Made by a program: the position numbers and the translations under genes
Source: an uncultured Clostridia bacterium
GTDB taxonomy: Bacteria; Bacillota; Clostridia; Christensenellales; UBA1242
Direction: 5' to 3'
DNA length: 64,000 bases
NCBI GenBank assembly: GCA_944381135.1
Contig: CALWJY010000001.1
Location: forward strand, 90,595-154,594
In this document: positions 1 through 9,891 of the stretch, piece by piece
Position numbering within the stretch: position 1 is the stretch's first letter
Layout of the letters: every line of letters starts with the position of its first letter
The notes under the pieces: model-generated
The model's input: only the letters and a program-made list of their open reading frames with translations
Told to the model about the DNA's origin: nothing
The model's database searches: none

Positions 1-1
1 G

Positions 2-700
2 GAATTCACGCAGGTTGAGTGGTATGCGTCCTATTGGAATTTTGAGGACAACATCAAATTTTTCCATGAAATGCTTGTCAGACTTATGAAAGAATGTTTG
101 GGCACAACAAAAATTTCTTATCAAGGTCAGGAAATTGATTTTGATGGGCAGTGGCCTATGATTGACTATGTGGCAAAGATGAGAGAACTTCTTGGTTGCG
201 ATTTTCTTTCAATTGACGATGTTGACGCATTGAAAAAGATTGTTGTTGAGCGCGGACTTTTTGGCTATGCCGAACTTGAAGAGTGCAAAACCGTGCGCAC
301 ACTGATTGATTATGTTTATAAAAGAAAGATACGCGCCGAAATTGTCAACCCTACAATTTTATATAACTACCCAGCTTCTCTCATCCCTCTTGCACGCAGA
401 AATGACAAGGATGACAGAATTATTGATGTTTTCCAAGTTGTTGCGGGTGGCGCAGAACTTGTGAAAGCATATTCAGAACTTGTTGACCCAATTGTGCAAA
501 GGCACACACTTGAACTTCAACTTGAAGAAAAGAAAGCAGGCGATGACGAGACAATGGATGTGGACGAAGATTTCTTGCTTGCAATGGAACATGGAATGCC
601 ACCAATTTCTGGACTTGGCTTTGGAATTGACCGCTTCTTGCAATTCATTTTCGATTGTCCAAACATCCGTGATGTTGTGCTTTTCCCATTGATGAAGTAA
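2..700 (+). CDS. lysS: lysyl-tRNA synthetase, C-terminal part (5' end lies outside the window)
   Basis: Frame is open from base 2 (EFTQVEWY...). Class II aaRS motif-3 region GMPPISGLGFGIDRF...VLFPLMK at the C-terminus. Confidence 0.9.
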   Translation, partial: EFTQVEWYASYWNFEDNIKFFHEMLVRLMKECLGTTKISYQGQEIDFDGQWPMIDYVAKMRELLGCDFLSIDDVDALKKIVVERGLFGYAELEECKTVRTLIDYVYKRKIRAEIVNPTILYNYPASLIPLARRNDKDDRIIDVFQVVAGGAELVKAYSELVDPIVQRHTLELQLEEKKAGDDETMDVDEDFLLAMEHGMPPISGLGFGIDRFLQFIFDCPNIRDVVLFPLMK

Positions 701-892
701 CGAATGATGCAATTTTAAGATTTGCATTGGAGAATTTCGCTTTAAAAAACCGCACATTTTGTCATTCTTCATTTTGCAACAAGAGGTTGAGTGCTGTTGC
801 ATTGAGTGTTGTTGTGTGTGGTTGCGTGAAGTTTTAAGATTTTTCAAGACAAAAGCAATGTTGTGTTTATAAATTCAAAAAGGATAAAGAAA

Positions 893-1516
893 ATGTCAGT
901 TGAACCAGAATTTGTGATGCAAGGGCTGGACATCATGGTGACAGACCCAAAATGTGAGTTGGAGCATAGGACGCCATTTGAACTTTTGGTGGCTGTCATT
1001 CTTTCCGCACAATGCACGGATAAGCGCGTCAATCAGGTGACGGATGAACTTTTCAAAACTCATAACAAGCCTGAAGATTTTGTCAACATCACACAAGAAG
1101 AATTGGAGCAAAAAATTCATTCTTGTGGGTTCTATCACAACAAAGCAAAATCCATCAAATCGGCAAGTCGAGACATCATTGAAAGGTTTGGAGGTGAAGT
1201 GCCAAGCAATTTCGAAGATTTATTGTCGCTGGCAGGTGTTGGAAGAAAAACGGCAAATGTGGTTATGGCTGTGGCTTTCGGTGGAGATAATTTTGCTGTG
1301 GACACTCATGTTTTGCGAGTATCAAACAGGCTGGGGCTTGTCAAAACTGATGTTCCGGACAAATGCGAGGAAAGCCTTTGCAAAATTTTTCCGAAAAACA
1401 AATGGTCGCGCTTGCACTATCAAATGGTGCTTTTTGGAAGATACACTTGCAAAGCAATGAAACCAGAGTGCGAAAAGTGCGTGTTCAACAGACAGTGCCC
1501 AAGCAGTCGAATTTGA
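893..1516 (+). CDS. nth: endonuclease III (DNA glycosylase/AP lyase)
   Basis: HhH-GPD region LLSLAGVGRKTANVV and C-terminal 4Fe-4S motif CKAMKPECEKCVFNRQC. ATG at 893 follows AAGGA; the ORF-track start at 863 is a non-ATG extension. Confidence 0.9.
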   Translation: MSVEPEFVMQGLDIMVTDPKCELEHRTPFELLVAVILSAQCTDKRVNQVTDELFKTHNKPEDFVNITQEELEQKIHSCGFYHNKAKSIKSASRDIIERFGGEVPSNFEDLLSLAGVGRKTANVVMAVAFGGDNFAVDTHVLRVSNRLGLVKTDVPDKCEESLCKIFPKNKWSRLHYQMVLFGRYTCKAMKPECEKCVFNRQCPSSRI

Positions 1517-1673
1517 TTGAGGTTAAATTTGCTTTAAACTGCAAAAAAGTTGATATTGAAAAATTTTATGACAAATTTGAATGCTTAGCGAAAGTGTTAA
1601 ATAAGTGACATAAATAACATGTAATTAAGAATGAAGAAATGTGGCAATGTCACCAAAGAAAAAGGAGGTTTAG

Positions 1674-2945
1674 ATGTTTCTTGACAGAGTGAAAATTTCA
1701 ATCAAAGCAGGAAATGGTGGAAAGGGTTCGACCTCTTTTTTGCGTAATGCTCAAACGGCGAATGGCGGGCCAGACGGTGGAGATGGCGGAAAAGGCGGAA
1801 ATGTTGTTTTCCGTGCAACAAACGACATGAACACACTTTTGCCTTTTAGATATAAGAAAAAGTATGTTGCTGAAAATGGCGAGGATGGACATCAGAAGAA
1901 TATGACCGGAAAAAGCGGAAAGGATGTTGTCATCCTTGTGCCAACAGGAACGGTGCTCATCAATCCAAAAACTGACAAAATTATTGCCGATTTAAGCGAG
2001 GACGGTGCAACTTTTGTGGCGCTTAAAGGTGGCGCTGGCGGGCATGGAAATGCATATTATAAATCTTCCGTCAAACAAGCACCGAGTTATTCTCAGACCG
2101 GTGAGGTGACAGAACTTAAAGAAGTGATTTTGGAACTTAAAACAATTGCAGATGTTGGACTTGTTGGCTTTCCAAATGTCGGCAAATCGACTTTGCTTTC
2201 CGTGATTTCAAACGCCAATCCAAAAATTGCAAACTATCCTTTCACAACCATATATCCAAATTTGGGTGTGTGTGAAGTTTTGGGTGAAACCTTTGTTGTG
2301 GCAGATATTCCGGGTCTGATTGAGGGCGCAAGTGATGGACTTGGGCTTGGACACTATTTTCTCAAGCATGTTGAACGCGTCAGATTGATTGTACATTTGA
2401 TTGACATTTCGGAAATCGAAGGAAGAAGCGCGGTTGAAGATTTCAAAATCATCAACGAAGAGTTGAAAAAATATAATGCCGAACTTGAAAAGACAAAACA
2501 AATTGTTGTGTTTTCAAAGTGTGACTTGCTTGAAAAGGATGAACTTAAAGCCAAAATTGACAATTTTGTGAAAGAGACGAAAATTAAGGAATGGATGACA
2601 ATTTCTTCATACACTCGTGAGGGAATTGAAGATTTGAAGAAAAAGATTTTGGAAAATTTGAAGAAAATTCCAAAGAAACCACCTCTCAAAGTTGAAGAAT
2701 TTGATTTTGACAAAAAGGATGTTTCTTCCATTGAAATCACAAGACATGATGATGGCAGTTTTGAGGTGAGTGGTGGAAGAATTGAAAGTCTTGTGCGTGG
2801 TGTTGTGCTTTCTGACCAACTTTCGTTTGCATATTTTCAAAACAGACTTAAAGAGATGGGCGTGATTGACATGCTGAAAGCGCGGGGAATGAAACAAGGC
2901 GACACGGTGAGAATTAAGGACATTGAATTTGAGTTTGTTGAATAA
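1674..2945 (+). CDS. obg: GTPase Obg/CgtA
   Basis: N-terminal Obg fold MFLDRVKISIKAGNGGKGSTSF, G1 motif GFPNVGKST, C-terminal OCT-like domain. GGAGG RBS. Confidence 0.95.
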   Translation: MFLDRVKISIKAGNGGKGSTSFLRNAQTANGGPDGGDGGKGGNVVFRATNDMNTLLPFRYKKKYVAENGEDGHQKNMTGKSGKDVVILVPTGTVLINPKTDKIIADLSEDGATFVALKGGAGGHGNAYYKSSVKQAPSYSQTGEVTELKEVILELKTIADVGLVGFPNVGKSTLLSVISNANPKIANYPFTTIYPNLGVCEVLGETFVVADIPGLIEGASDGLGLGHYFLKHVERVRLIVHLIDISEIEGRSAVEDFKIINEELKKYNAELEKTKQIVVFSKCDLLEKDELKAKIDNFVKETKIKEWMTISSYTREGIEDLKKKILENLKKIPKKPPLKVEEFDFDKKDVSSIEITRHDDGSFEVSGGRIESLVRGVVLSDQLSFAYFQNRLKEMGVIDMLKARGMKQGDTVRIKDIEFEFVE

Positions 2946-3018
2946 AATTTCAGATTTGATTGTTTAAATTGCTTAGTAAATTTATGGAATTTGTATTAAG
3001 ATAACAAAAATTTAAAAT

Positions 3019-3072
3019 CAACATCTTGTGTGGTATGCAAGGAACAAAAATTACATAATACACAATATGTTG
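3019..3072. repeat. intergenic palindromic element, copy a (GTGGTATGCA / CATAATACAC arms, CAACAT...ATGTTG ends)
   Basis: caacatcttgtgtggtatgcaaggaacaaaaattacataatacacaatatgttg. About 20-nt imperfect inverted arms, related to copies at 28875, 33331, 36683, 52926 and 56306. Confidence 0.6.
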
Positions 3073-3105
3073 ATTAAACTAAACATCTCAAGAAAAGGAG
3101 AAATT

Positions 3106-3402
3106 ATGATTACAACAAAGCAAAGAGCGTTTTTGCGCGGACTTGGAAATGCACTTGAACCGGTGATGCAAATTGGAAAAGAGGGTTTGTCAGAAAATGT
3201 TGTCACATCTGTCAATTTGCTTTTGGAAGCACGCGAACTTGTGAAAATCAGAGTGCTTAAAAACAATGATGATGGTGTGCGAGAGACGGCAGATGAACTT
3301 TCATCCAAACTTGGCGCAGACATTGTGCAAGTGATTGGCAACAATTTCATTCTCTACAAAAAGTCCACACGCAAAGACTTCAAACACATTCAGCTTCCAT
3401 AA
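3106..3402 (+). CDS. yhbY: YhbY-like CRM-domain RNA-binding protein
   Basis: TTKQRAFLRGLGNALEPVMQIGKEGLSENV...ELVKIRVL matches the YhbY/CRS1 pattern. ATG at 3106 lies 6 nt after AAAGGAG. Confidence 0.85.
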   Translation: MITTKQRAFLRGLGNALEPVMQIGKEGLSENVVTSVNLLLEARELVKIRVLKNNDDGVRETADELSSKLGADIVQVIGNNFILYKKSTRKDFKHIQLP

Positions 3403-3470
3403 ATTTGCTCATTTGAAAGAATGACGAAAAGAGAGGTTGAAGAGTTGGAAGAGAACAGAATTAGATTTCT

Positions 3471-4280
3471 TCACAAAATTTCGGGTTCGCCTTTCACATT
3501 GAAATATGGATTGAACTGAGAAATGAGGGCAAAAACCACAAGAAGCGAGGCAATCACGCAATAATAGATTGTGGTGCGCACAAAAAGTCCGCAAAGAATG
3601 AGAATTAATGACGAGAAAAGATAGCCTTTTGTCCTTTGTTTATTGAAAGAATACGCCAAAAACTCCTTGAATGCAAGGCGTTTTTCTTTTTTATATTGGT
3701 GCGTGATTTTTGGAAAACAATCATAGAATTTATACAGTTTTTCATAGGTTTGATATTCATCCAAAATCAAAAATTTTTCCTCAAAATTTTGACAGAATGA
3801 AACAAGTTGTTTGTCCGAAACTTCTCTGCAACAAATCACAATTTTGCCACATTTTTCTTTTTTGATTTTGTTGTAGATTGTCATAAAACGCGGGATGTTT
3901 AAGCCCTCAAAGGAAAAATCGGCATAGAGCAAGGTTTTGGTGCCGGTTTCGTGCTTGATGACAAGATGGTTTTTGTGCTTTGTAATGTTGTCATGTTTTT
4001 TGGATGCCAACTGAACAAAAAAATCAATGGGTTTATCCTCACAAGCAAGAGACAAAAACATGTTTTCCGCATCCATTTTCTCTTTGAGTTTAAGCCCAAT
4101 TTTTGCTTGTTTTCGCCTTTGAAAGAAAAGCAAAATTCCATAAATTGCAGCGGACACAAGCACAGAAACAAGAACGGCAATCCAAAGTTTTCGGATGAAA
4201 TATCTCAGCCATATGAATGACAGCAAAAAAATGAGGACAAATTTCAAAATTTCTTGAAAAATTAAACTTATTCTTCTCAT
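3471..4280 (-). CDS. hypothetical membrane protein (2 N-terminal and 2 C-terminal TM helices around a soluble core)
   Basis: 269-aa ORF with hydrophobic N- and C-terminal segments. It is the only minus-strand CDS in the first 33 kb. No family recognised. Confidence 0.5.
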   Translation of the reverse strand: MRRISLIFQEILKFVLIFLLSFIWLRYFIRKLWIAVLVSVLVSAAIYGILLFFQRRKQAKIGLKLKEKMDAENMFLSLACEDKPIDFFVQLASKKHDNITKHKNHLVIKHETGTKTLLYADFSFEGLNIPRFMTIYNKIKKEKCGKIVICCREVSDKQLVSFCQNFEEKFLILDEYQTYEKLYKFYDCFPKITHQYKKEKRLAFKEFLAYSFNKQRTKGYLFSSLILILCGLFVRTTIYYCVIASLLVVFALISQFNPYFNVKGEPEIL

Positions 4281-4477
4281 GCCACAATTTTTGACATTTT
4301 TTAATTTTTATATTCATTGATGTTATAGATTTAAGATTTAATTCATTTTTAAAAATTATTTTAAAAATTTCCGATTATCTGTTTTTTTCTCTCGTGTATT
4401 TTCTTCTTTTTTGTTTTTTTTGTCTTTGCTTTTAGTTTTTTGCAATGCTCTTCAAATTGTATTAAAAAATATAGGAA

Positions 4478-4550
4478 GCATCAAGGATGCGACGCAAAAG
4501 CAACAATGTCGCAAAAAGCATCAATGACGTAAAAAGCGTCAATGACGCCA
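4478..4550 (+). repeat. four tandem ~18-nt repeats (GCATCAATGACGnAAAAA), the last forming the palindrome GCGTCAATGACGC
   Basis: gcatcaaggatgcgacgcaaaa / gcaacaatgtcgcaaaaa / gcatcaatgacgtaaaaa / gcgtcaatgacgcc, read directly from the sequence. Confidence 0.8.
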
Positions 4551-4575
4551 ATTTTAAAAACATTCATTCAAACAT

Positions 4576-4604
4576 TTGACAATTTGCGTTTTTGCTGATA
4601 GAAT
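4576..4604 (+). promoter_or_regulatory. sigmaA-type promoter directly abutting the rsfS start codon
   Basis: TTGACA (4576-4581), 17-nt spacer, TGaTAGAAT extended -10 (4596-4604). ATG at 4611 is 6 nt after the -10 and there is no Shine-Dalgarno. Confidence 0.55.
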
Positions 4605-4610
4605 TAAAAC

Positions 4611-4925
4611 ATGATTGACATCAAAGAACTTGTGACACTTTTGCAAAATAACAAAATGAAAAACATCTCAGTTTATGATGTTTCAAACGAAACTGAGAAA
4701 AAATTTATCATTTTGTCCACTTCAAACAAACCGCTTGACAGCAAAAAAGTGGCGGACATAATTGCTGAAAAATATGCCTATGACGAAAAAATTGAGGGCT
4801 ATTTCAAGGCAGAGTGGATTATTTTTGACTTTCCAAATGTCACACTTCACATCTTTTTGCCAAAGGTGAGAGAAAAATATAACCTCGACAAACTTTATAA
4901 ACCAAGAAAAATCATTTTAAATTGA
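4611..4925 (+). CDS. rsfS: ribosomal silencing factor RsfS (iojap-like)
   Basis: KMKNISVYDVSNETEKKFIILSTSN...AEWIIFDFPNVTLHIFLPKVREKYNLDKLY is the typical RsfS/DUF143 pattern. Confidence 0.85.
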   Translation: MIDIKELVTLLQNNKMKNISVYDVSNETEKKFIILSTSNKPLDSKKVADIIAEKYAYDEKIEGYFKAEWIIFDFPNVTLHIFLPKVREKYNLDKLYKPRKIILN

Positions 4926-4990
4926 TTTTAGTGTCGGATTGGTGAAAGATGTCGACTTGACGTATTTCGCAAACAATCAAAAAATTTTTT

Positions 4991-5019
4991 AAACAAAGCA
5001 AAATTGCTTTGTTTTTTTT
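4991..5019 (+). terminator. intrinsic terminator after rsfS
   Basis: AAACAAAGCA-aaat-TGCTTTGTTT perfect 10-bp stem followed by a T-run. Confidence 0.8.
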
Positions 5020-5171
5020 ATATTTTGGTTTAAAATAAAATTAGCAACAATGGATGGCTGTTGTATGGGCATAATTTGACATCATTTCATTTTCCTTGGG
5101 TTTGCACAATTTTTGCGTTTTTCTTGATGTTTTTATGGAAGAATTAAACGCACAGGGAAAGCGATGTCAAA

Positions 5172-5621
5172 ATGCCAAAAAAGGTTGAACATATGATTGA
5201 AATTTGTTTTGTTTGCACAGGCAACACATGCCGTTCCGTCATGGCAGAGAGAATTGCCAAAAAGATGGCAAAAACGCGGAAATTGAAAGACATCAAGTTT
5301 TCTTCTGCAGGAATTTATGCAAAAAAGGAAAACATAACCGAAAACGCGTCAAAGGCGTTGAAGATGTTGGGCTATGATGGGCGAGACCGCAAAAGTGTTT
5401 CGCTTAAAAAAATCAAAAAGGAAACAATTTATGTTGCGGTGACGGATGACCACAAAAAGTTCATCAACTCTTCAAAATGCATAAGTTTTGAAGAACTTGC
5501 CGGCAAAGTTTCCGACCCGTATGGGCAAGGGTTTCAGGTCTATTTGCAAACAGCCCACCAAATTGAAGAAAACGTGAAAATGCTTTTAGACAAAATTGAA
5601 AAATTGAGAGGTGTTGTATGA
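5172..5621 (+). CDS. low-molecular-weight protein tyrosine phosphatase / arsenate reductase family
   Basis: P-loop CFVCTGNTCRSVMAE (CX5R). An alternative start at M8 (5193) is possible. Confidence 0.8.
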   Translation: MPKKVEHMIEICFVCTGNTCRSVMAERIAKKMAKTRKLKDIKFSSAGIYAKKENITENASKALKMLGYDGRDRKSVSLKKIKKETIYVAVTDDHKKFINSSKCISFEELAGKVSDPYGQGFQVYLQTAHQIEENVKMLLDKIEKLRGVV

Positions 5622-6058
5622 TTATTATGGCAAGTGACCACAGAGGATATCAGTTGAAAGAAGAACTTAAAACTTTTTTCAATCACGAAAACATCATCAC
5701 AATTGATGTTGGAACCTACAGCAAGGAGCCTGTGGACTATCCTGATTTTGCCAAACTTGGCATGGACAAGGTTTTGGAAAACAAAAACAATGTTGGAATT
5801 TTCATTTGCGGAAGTGGAATTGGCATGAGCATTGCCGCCAACCGCAATCCAAAAATTCGTGCGGCGCTTTGCCTCAACACAAGAATGGCTATGCTTGCAA
5901 GAAAAGACAATGATGCAAATGTGCTCTGCTTGTCGGGCATGCTCAGAAAAAAGAAAGCAATCAACATTGTCAAAGTCTTTTTGACCACAAGTTTTGAGGG
6001 TGGCAGACATGCTCGTAGACTGAAAAAGATTTCGGGAGAAATAAAGGAGAACAAATGA
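5618..6058 (+). CDS. rpiB: ribose-5-phosphate isomerase B
   Basis: MASDHRGYQLKEELK...ICGSGIGMSIAANR is the RpiB/LacAB family pattern. The start overlaps the upstream stop. Confidence 0.9.
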   Translation: MIIMASDHRGYQLKEELKTFFNHENIITIDVGTYSKEPVDYPDFAKLGMDKVLENKNNVGIFICGSGIGMSIAANRNPKIRAALCLNTRMAMLARKDNDANVLCLSGMLRKKKAINIVKVFLTTSFEGGRHARRLKKISGEIKENK

Positions 6059-7227
6059 TTAATGTGATTGTTCCAATTGTGGAAAATGTGGACAATTTTT
6101 TGGAATTTTTGCAGAGCGTCAACAGAAAAGATGTCAAATTTTTTGTTGGAATTAAAGAAAGTTTGTTTGAAAAATTTAGAAACAAAAACAAATTGAAAAA
6201 TGTTGAAGTGCATGTGTTTTCAAACAAGTCCAACATTGAGGAAATCGTCAACGCGCTCCATTCGTGCAAGATGAAAAGCGGAAAAATTCTCTTGGCAAGA
6301 AGACCTCTTTCAGAGCAGGAGTTTGAATCTTTGACAAATTCAAATTCAGACATTGTCACACTGAGGGCAAAACACAATAAGTTTGTCAATTTCATCAAAA
6401 ATTTGGGAATGAAGATTGTCAGAAAGTTTTTTGCGTTCAGTTATTTTGAAGACATTTCCGCAATTTGCTATGGCGAAAATATGTTTGATTTGCTTTCAGT
6501 TTGTAAAAACTTTTCAATGGCAAGCCGAGTGAACAAATATGTGGGCGTTTCCATTGAAGAAATTGAAACAGAAAAAAAACAAGTCCGAAAGGAATTTAAT
6601 CGACCTTTGGCAATTTTCAAATTTTTGTTTTGGTCACTGATTCTTGCGGGGTCAATTGCAGGTGCAATTTTGATTTGCATTTTTGTCAATCAGTGGGCAA
6701 TCACAATCATTGCTGTTATGTGCTGGATTTTGCTTGCTTTGATGATTTGGCTGGCTGCACTTGTCAATTTCACAAGGACACTTTCAGTTGGCAATTTGCG
6801 ATATGGAAAAGCTGAAGAAATTGCACTTTCAAAACCGCGCACTGAAAAAACTGAAAACTTAGAAAAGAAAATTGAAGAAAGCGCGGAAAAAACAGAAGAA
6901 TCAGAAAAGGCAGAAAAGTCAGAAAAAGCAGAACGAATTGAGACCTCAGAAAATTCAGAAAAAAGAAAGACCACAAAAAAGCAAACCAAACCTAAGACAA
7001 GCGAAGCGAATGAAAATGACTCGCCAAACACAAATGAAAGTGCGTCAGTAAAGGACGATGGCATTGAAGAAAATGAAAGTGTTGAAGAAAATTTAAAGAC
7101 AAAAAAGACAACCGAAAAGAAAAATCAAACAAGAAAAACACAGCCAAAAGTGCAAAAATCTGGGATAAGCACAAAAACATCAACAAAAGCAAAGACCTCA
7201 AAGACGGTCAAAAAATTGGCAAAATAG
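6055..7227 (+). CDS. hypothetical membrane protein: degenerate GT2-like N-terminus, 2 TM helices, K/E/T-rich low-complexity tail
   Basis: MINVIVPIVENVDNFLEFLQSV resembles a glycosyltransferase-2 start, but no DxD is seen. Central hydrophobic helices. The tail carries EKAEKSEKAERIETSENSEK-type repeats. ATGA overlap with rpiB. Confidence 0.5.
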   Translation: MINVIVPIVENVDNFLEFLQSVNRKDVKFFVGIKESLFEKFRNKNKLKNVEVHVFSNKSNIEEIVNALHSCKMKSGKILLARRPLSEQEFESLTNSNSDIVTLRAKHNKFVNFIKNLGMKIVRKFFAFSYFEDISAICYGENMFDLLSVCKNFSMASRVNKYVGVSIEEIETEKKQVRKEFNRPLAIFKFLFWSLILAGSIAGAILICIFVNQWAITIIAVMCWILLALMIWLAALVNFTRTLSVGNLRYGKAEEIALSKPRTEKTENLEKKIEESAEKTEESEKAEKSEKAERIETSENSEKRKTTKKQTKPKTSEANENDSPNTNESASVKDDGIEENESVEENLKTKKTTEKKNQTRKTQPKVQKSGISTKTSTKAKTSKTVKKLAK

Positions 7228-7256
7228 GTTGGCAAAAGCAAAATTGGGTTTATTGA

Positions 7257-8360
<1,104 letters not shown>

Positions 8361-8563
8361 AATTAAAAAAAACAAAATCAAAACGAAAAAAATAAAATTT
8401 GGAAATAAAACACTTGATATTTTTCGATAAACAATTGATATAAATTTGTTAAAGTTGCTAAATAAATTGGCAGAAATCGACAAAATTGGCTTGAAAAACA
8501 AGTCATCAAGCAACTGAAAAACACAAGAAAGACCGCACACAATTTCTGAAAAGCGAGGAAAGG

Positions 8564-9511
8564 ATGAAAAATCAATTAAACAGAGAATTGATTGAAAGTT
8601 TGAGCGAAAGCAACAACCAACAATTTTTGAAACAAATCAACAACACCATTTTCAACTTGATGTCCATGGTGGTGGAAGGCGTTTCCATGCGTTCTCCATT
8701 CATAAGGGCAGAAAAATGTGTGCTTTTGCCTGTCAATGAAATCTATCTCGGCGCCGTTTCTCAACTTTCAGAATATGACTATTTTCTTGGTGTTGAAAAT
8801 CCTCAAATTGAATTTAACTCAAAAAACAAGAAGAACTTTTGGAAAATTGCACTGAGGGAGTTTAAGGCATCTTGGCGACTTGGCAGAAAAAAATATAAAA
8901 AAGAAAAAGAAGCCCGCGTTGTCGACACAACAATTGACAAATATAAAATTGCTGATTTTCGTCATGATGTTGTCAAACAACTGGCAGAACTTCTGACTCC
9001 CACATCACTCATCAGTGAGCATAGACAATATGTTTCAATTAAGGGCAGAGACGACTTTGGAGCAAATGTGAAAATTAACATATATGTTTGTGTCTATGAC
9101 TCTCACAACAACACATTCAAACTGCTTAATGAGGTCAAAAACAAATACACAATTGTGGATTTTGGTGACAGATTTAAAAATTTGGACTATAAGAAAGAAC
9201 CTTGTGGCGAAAATTTTGTCAAAATGGTGACGATTCTCAACGCTCTCTACTCAAAAAATTATAACAAAATTCCAAATCAAATTTTGGTGGAAAGTTTGGT
9301 TTACAATTGTCCAAATCTGCTTTTTGACAAAAAGGATGTGTATCAAACTTTCATAAATGTCATCAATTATGTTCGTCTTGCAAACCCACGAGACATTGTT
9401 TCAATTTGCAATGCAAACAAAAACATTTTTGAAGAGCCTCTCATCTTGGGGCGAGGTTCGCAAATGGAATTCAGCAAAATCATTTCCATGCTTGATGCAT
9501 TTAAATATTGA
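8564..9511 (+). CDS. hypothetical protein, weakly Pol-beta-type nucleotidyltransferase-like
   Basis: 315-aa ORF with GAGGAAAGG RBS. Possible hG[GS]-like LGAVSQLSEYDYFLGV and a later strand KINIYVCVYD. No confident family call. Confidence 0.5.
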   Translation: MKNQLNRELIESLSESNNQQFLKQINNTIFNLMSMVVEGVSMRSPFIRAEKCVLLPVNEIYLGAVSQLSEYDYFLGVENPQIEFNSKNKKNFWKIALREFKASWRLGRKKYKKEKEARVVDTTIDKYKIADFRHDVVKQLAELLTPTSLISEHRQYVSIKGRDDFGANVKINIYVCVYDSHNNTFKLLNEVKNKYTIVDFGDRFKNLDYKKEPCGENFVKMVTILNALYSKNYNKIPNQILVESLVYNCPNLLFDKKDVYQTFINVINYVRLANPRDIVSICNANKNIFEEPLILGRGSQMEFSKIISMLDAFKY

Positions 9512-9602
9512 TTTTTTAAGGCTTCAAACTTCCTTTGTGAAATTTCTTCGTTTTGAGGATATTTTTCGACATTTTGCGCAACCTAAGGATAGGGAGGGCA
9601 AA

Positions 9603-9797
9603 ATGAAAGAAGTTTGGATGGTGATTGGCTTTGGTGCTGGACTTGTGACAGGTGCGCTTCTTTATAAGCATTGCGATGACGCAAAAAAACTTGTAAACAA
9701 GGGCGAAAAAGCAGTCAAACAAGAGGTTGAATCTCTCAAGAAAACGGTGAAGGCAGAGAAAAAGCCTCAATCTCAGAAGAAAGCCGAAGCGAATTAA
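9603..9797 (+). CDS. small YtxH-like membrane protein (one N-terminal TM helix, charged coiled tail)
   Basis: MKEVWMVIGFGAGLVTGALLYK then a K/E-rich tail. ATG at 9603 follows AGGGAGGG. The ORF-track start at 9357 overlaps the upstream gene. Confidence 0.5.
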   Translation: MKEVWMVIGFGAGLVTGALLYKHCDDAKKLVNKGEKAVKQEVESLKKTVKAEKKPQSQKKAEAN

Positions 9798-9854
9798 AAA
9801 AATTTAAAAACTGAATAAGGAAAATTAAATTAAAACAGATTTTGATTTTCGAAA

Positions 9855-9888
9855 ACAAAAAAGCAAGGAGGATTTCCTTGCTTTTTTC
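9855..9888. terminator. bidirectional intrinsic terminator (small gene on plus strand, SRP RNA on minus strand)
   Basis: AAGCAAGGA-ggatt-TCCTTGCTT 9-bp stem flanked by an A-run and a T-run. Confidence 0.75.
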
Positions 9889-9891
9889 ACG

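Noticed and set aside
9357-9602. N-terminal extension of the small YtxH-like ORF, overlapping the 3' end of the upstream 315-aa gene.
   Set aside because: A strong RBS (AGGGAGGG) precedes the internal ATG at 9603, where the TM helix begins. The extension is out of phase with the upstream gene and has no features.
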